From contig CAVQEQ010000002.1 of assembly GCA_963711565.1 (NCBI GenBank), positions 64,001 to 128,000 on the forward strand: a stretch of 64,000 nucleotides of DNA, read 5' to 3'. The position numbers and the translations under genes were made by a program. The notes under the pieces are model-generated. The model did not search any database and was not told the DNA's origin. It saw nothing but the letters and a program-made list of their open reading frames with translations. The DNA comes from an uncultured delta proteobacterium (GTDB lineage: Bacteria > Desulfobacterota > Binatia > Binatales > Binataceae). Shown piece after piece: positions 60,832-64,000 of the stretch (position 1 is the stretch's first letter; every line of letters starts with the position of its first letter).

Positions 60832-61773
60832 ATGGAATATCGAAATCTCGGCAACTCGGGACTCAAGGTCTCCGCCGTCGGCCTCGGATGCAACAACTTC
60901 GGCATGCGATGCGACGCGGAGCAGACACGCGTCGTGGTGCATAAGGCGCTCGACGAGGGCATCACGCTCTTCGACACCGCCGATATCTACGGCAATCGCG
61001 GCGGCTCCGAAGAATTGCTCGGCAAGGCGCTCGGCGATCGACGCCGCGAGATCATCGTCGCAACGAAATTCGGGATGGCGATGGGCGACGGTCCTTATAT
61101 GAAGGGCGCGTCGTATCGCTACATCATGGCGGCGGCAGAGGCGAGCCTTAAACGATTAGGCACTGACTATATCGACCTGTATCAGATTCACCAGCCCGAT
61201 CCCGAAACGCCGCAGCATGAAACCCTCGAGGCGCTGAACGATCTCGTCCGCGCCGGCAAGGTTCGCTATATCGGACATAGTAACTTCGCCGCGTGGCAGG
61301 CCGTCGATGCCCACTGGATATCGCGCAGCCGCGGCCTCGCCTCGTACATCTCCGCGCAAAACCTGTACAACCTGCTCGACCGCCGCATCGAACGCGAACT
61401 GGTTCCCGCATGCCGCGAATTCGGCGTAGGTATCCTGCCCTACTTTCCACTGGCTAGTGGATTTCTCACGGGGAAATACAAGCGCGGCGCCGAGCCGCCC
61501 AAGGGCACCCGGCTTTCACTCGTGCAACGGATGGCGAAGCAGGCCCTGACTGACGAAAATTTCGCGACGCTCGAAAAGCTCGAGAAGTTCGCACGCGAGC
61601 GCGAGCACACGATCCTCGAGCTTGCTGTCGGATGGCTGGCGTCGCAGCCGCAAGTCTCCAGCGTAATATCCGGCGCAACCAGCCCCGAGCAGGTCAGCCA
61701 AAACGTAAAAGCCGGCACCTGGAAACTGTCTGCGGACGAACTAGCCGAAGTCGATAAACTCACGCGCCGCTAA
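60832..61773 (+). CDS. aldo/keto reductase
   Basis: GLGCNNFG, FDTADIY, DLYQIH, PLASG. Confidence 0.92.
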   Translation: MEYRNLGNSGLKVSAVGLGCNNFGMRCDAEQTRVVVHKALDEGITLFDTADIYGNRGGSEELLGKALGDRRREIIVATKFGMAMGDGPYMKGASYRYIMAAAEASLKRLGTDYIDLYQIHQPDPETPQHETLEALNDLVRAGKVRYIGHSNFAAWQAVDAHWISRSRGLASYISAQNLYNLLDRRIERELVPACREFGVGILPYFPLASGFLTGKYKRGAEPPKGTRLSLVQRMAKQALTDENFATLEKLEKFAREREHTILELAVGWLASQPQVSSVISGATSPEQVSQNVKAGTWKLSADELAEVDKLTRR

Positions 61774-61789
61774 TCGGCGCATCGTGGCG

Positions 61790-61812
61790 CTGTATTACAC
61801 GCTGTGATACAG
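61790..61812. promoter_or_regulatory. palindromic operator upstream of TA operon
   Basis: CTGTATTACA-CGC-TGTGATACAG, one mismatch. Confidence 0.55.
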
Positions 61813-61820
61813 TTTCATTT

Positions 61821-62120
61821 ATGGGTGCCTTGAATGTCAGAATCGACCCGCAGACTGCTGCCTTCCTCGAGCGGTTCGCGCGAGAGACCGGGCTGACCAA
61901 GTCCGAAGTCGTGCGTCAGGCGTTGGCGACCCTGCGTGAACAACGGGCGAGAGCCACAGCCCCAACGCCCTACGAGCGGGTGGCTCATCTGATCGGCTCG
62001 GGCGACAGTGGCGGGATGCAACTTTCCGAGCGCACCGGCGAACGCTTCACCCAAATGCTGCTGGAAGAACGCAATGCCAAGCGTGCTCGTCAACGCCGGA
62101 CCACTCGTCGCACTCATTGA
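61821..62120 (+). CDS. CopG/RHH antitoxin
   Basis: LNVRID..GLTKSEVVRQAL; overlaps the PIN gene. Confidence 0.8.
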   Translation: MGALNVRIDPQTAAFLERFARETGLTKSEVVRQALATLREQRARATAPTPYERVAHLIGSGDSGGMQLSERTGERFTQMLLEERNAKRARQRRTTRRTH

Positions 62121-62484
62121 TCGTAGCGACTCCTACCATCGGCGGTGCGCCGCTGTGCTTGAAACTATTCGCGATCCGCTCCTCACTGTGTGGCCCGCAT
62201 TCACAGAAGCGATGCATCTCCTGCGCTACGACCCCAGGGACCAACGAGCACTGTGGGACATGATTGATGCTGGCGGATTGATATTCGCGAACCTCGGTCC
62301 TGACGATATCCCGCGCATGCGCGAGTTGATGTGGAAGTACCGCGACCTGCCGATGGACCTCGCTGACGCCGCGCTAGTTCGTGTCGCCGAGCGCGAGGGT
62401 CTGCGCCGCGTCTTTACGATTGACCGCCAGGACTTCGAAATTTATCGACCACATCGCTTCGGACGGTTTGAGATCCTGCCGTAA
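62074..62484 (+). CDS. VapC PIN-domain toxin
   Basis: FTEAMHL, PMDLADAALV, FTIDRQDF; first conserved Asp reads Asn (LVNAGP). Confidence 0.85.
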   Translation: MPSVLVNAGPLVALIDRSDSYHRRCAAVLETIRDPLLTVWPAFTEAMHLLRYDPRDQRALWDMIDAGGLIFANLGPDDIPRMRELMWKYRDLPMDLADAALVRVAEREGLRRVFTIDRQDFEIYRPHRFGRFEILP

Positions 62485-62595
62485 TTCCTCCTTTCTTCGC
62501 TGATTGTTCACTCCGTTCGCCGCATTTGAACAGTCCGTTCAGGCCATTTTAACGCCTTGTCAGTGAAGAGGTTGTTCCATCAGGAGGCGAACAAA

Positions 62596-62775
62596 ATGAC
62601 TTCACTACTGTCAGAGAAACAGATGGCGTCGATTCGCAGTTTCATTAAACCGTCGCGCGAAACGGAGGGACTCAATATGTGCCAGAACTGCTTTTTGTCC
62701 GAGTTGCCGGGCGTGGTCTTCGGCATCGTAACGGTCATCTGGATCGTCAGCACCGTCGGTCTGCTCAACCGGTAG
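62596..62775 (+). CDS. small hypothetical membrane protein
   Basis: RBS AGGAGG; CQNC followed by a C-terminal TM helix. Confidence 0.4.
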   Translation: MTSLLSEKQMASIRSFIKPSRETEGLNMCQNCFLSELPGVVFGIVTVIWIVSTVGLLNR

Positions 62776-62777
62776 CT

Positions 62778-64000
62778 TCAGGGAATGAGTTTCTTGAGCG
62801 CGTTGATCGGGTTCGGAATTGACGGAATCGCCGAGCCCGCCGACGGCGAGCCGACCACCGAGCCGACCGCGTTCACTCCGCCACGGATTATGTTGCCGGG
62901 CATGTTAATCGCGCCCATCGCCACGCGCTCCGTCAACGTCGGCAAATCCGGCAGCACGATAACCGAGGGCAGTTTCCCGGTCACGTAAACGGGAATCGCA
63001 ACTTGCAGTCCGAGTGTCATCCGGATGTCGGCGTTCATCGTGATGTTTTTGTCCATGTCGAACCAGCCGTCGCCCGTGATCGTGTAGTCGGGCGACTGTA
63101 CGTATAGGTCATGCGTCGTGAAGCGCGGGCCGGTCTGCTGAAAGCTCATGCTCGCCGATTGCAGCTCGGTGTCAGGATCGACCAGCATCCCATGATGACT
63201 CGACATGAACGCCACGTTCACGAGCTGGCTGACTCCCGGCGCCTTGGCGACTGCGTTGAGCGCGTCGGCCACGATATTGACGCCGACCAGCTTGCCGTTC
63301 GCGATTGACACTCGTCCGCTGCCGCGAATCGTCGGCCTGATTCGATTCCAATCCTTGCCGCTGCCCGACGCCGCCACGTTGCCGGTCAGAAACCCGTGCA
63401 CGGTGCTGGCCGCGCCGATATTTTGCGAGCGCAGCGCTTGTTCCATGTTCAGATTTCTTATCACCAGCGTGACGTTGAAGGTCGGCACGCGGCCGAAAAC
63501 CGCATCCGTATCCGCCGTCAGCGACCCGCCGAACACGTCAACGTCGAGCGGACGCGCCGACGCCCGGCCGTTCAAGTATGCCGCCGTCAGATCGAGATTG
63601 CGGTATGAAACATTTTGCAGCGAGCCGTCGGTCGATTGGATCGCCGCGCTGATTCGCGGCGCACTTATCTCGCCGTCCGCGGTGCCTTTCACCACCAGCC
63701 CGTTCATGATGTCGCCGGGCGGACGACTCGCGAAGATCTGCGCGAGCTTCACCGAGTCGGCCTTCAGCGCATAGCTCGCGCTCAGCGGGCTTAACGATTC
63801 AATTCGCCCTTCGAGATTCGCGTGCGCGGAACCGAGGGTGAAGCTGGTCGGCTCGACTATTTCGACGCCATTGGCGAAACGAATTGTGCCATTGAGATCG
63901 CTGATGCGGTCCTCCAGCGACGGCAGCTTCGCGGCAACCTGTTTCAGCGCCACGGTTCCATCCACCGCCGGCGCGTTGTTGCCAAGCTTCACAGTGCCGT
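62778..64000 (-). CDS. AsmA-like protein (C-terminal part, runs off the window)
   Basis: Beta-rich repeats, VFGGSL, GKLVGVNI, IPVYVTG. Confidence 0.75.
   Translation of the reverse strand, partial: GTVKLGNNAPAVDGTVALKQVAAKLPSLEDRISDLNGTIRFANGVEIVEPTSFTLGSAHANLEGRIESLSPLSASYALKADSVKLAQIFASRPPGDIMNGLVVKGTADGEISAPRISAAIQSTDGSLQNVSYRNLDLTAAYLNGRASARPLDVDVFGGSLTADTDAVFGRVPTFNVTLVIRNLNMEQALRSQNIGAASTVHGFLTGNVAASGSGKDWNRIRPTIRGSGRVSIANGKLVGVNIVADALNAVAKAPGVSQLVNVAFMSSHHGMLVDPDTELQSASMSFQQTGPRFTTHDLYVQSPDYTITGDGWFDMDKNITMNADIRMTLGLQVAIPVYVTGKLPSVIVLPDLPTLTERVAMGAINMPGNIIRGGVNAVGSVVGSPSAGSAIPSIPNPINALKKLIP

Overview
GC-rich bacterial chromosomal window; gene content is compatible with a soil lineage such as Candidatus Binatota, but this is inference only. 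About 55 protein genes are present: an Hsp70-like gene, a cobalamin/Fe-type ABC importer, two ETF systems plus a FadF/HdrD-like oxidoreductase, family-B DNA polymerase, an RpoD-type sigma factor, acyl-CoA metabolism genes, several toxin-antitoxin modules, an ABC-F protein and a complete kdp operon. The kdp operon has a split KdpD and is apparently controlled by sigma-54. I found no rRNA, tRNA, CRISPR array, integrase or transposase. The main unexplained pattern is in the intergenic DNA. At three loci (phyH-like, iclR, GFA) accessory DNA is bracketed by diverged duplicates of the upstream gene's last codons. Several orphan gene tails also start right at REP-like palindromes. This suggests integrase-free, repeated gene accretion. 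Other candidates: a triplicated unknown proline-punctuated amphipathic-helix protein, three structured RNA leader/sRNA candidates and four REP-like repeat families. Three single-base frameshifts may be assembly errors. Family assignments come from motif recognition by eye, not from database searches.
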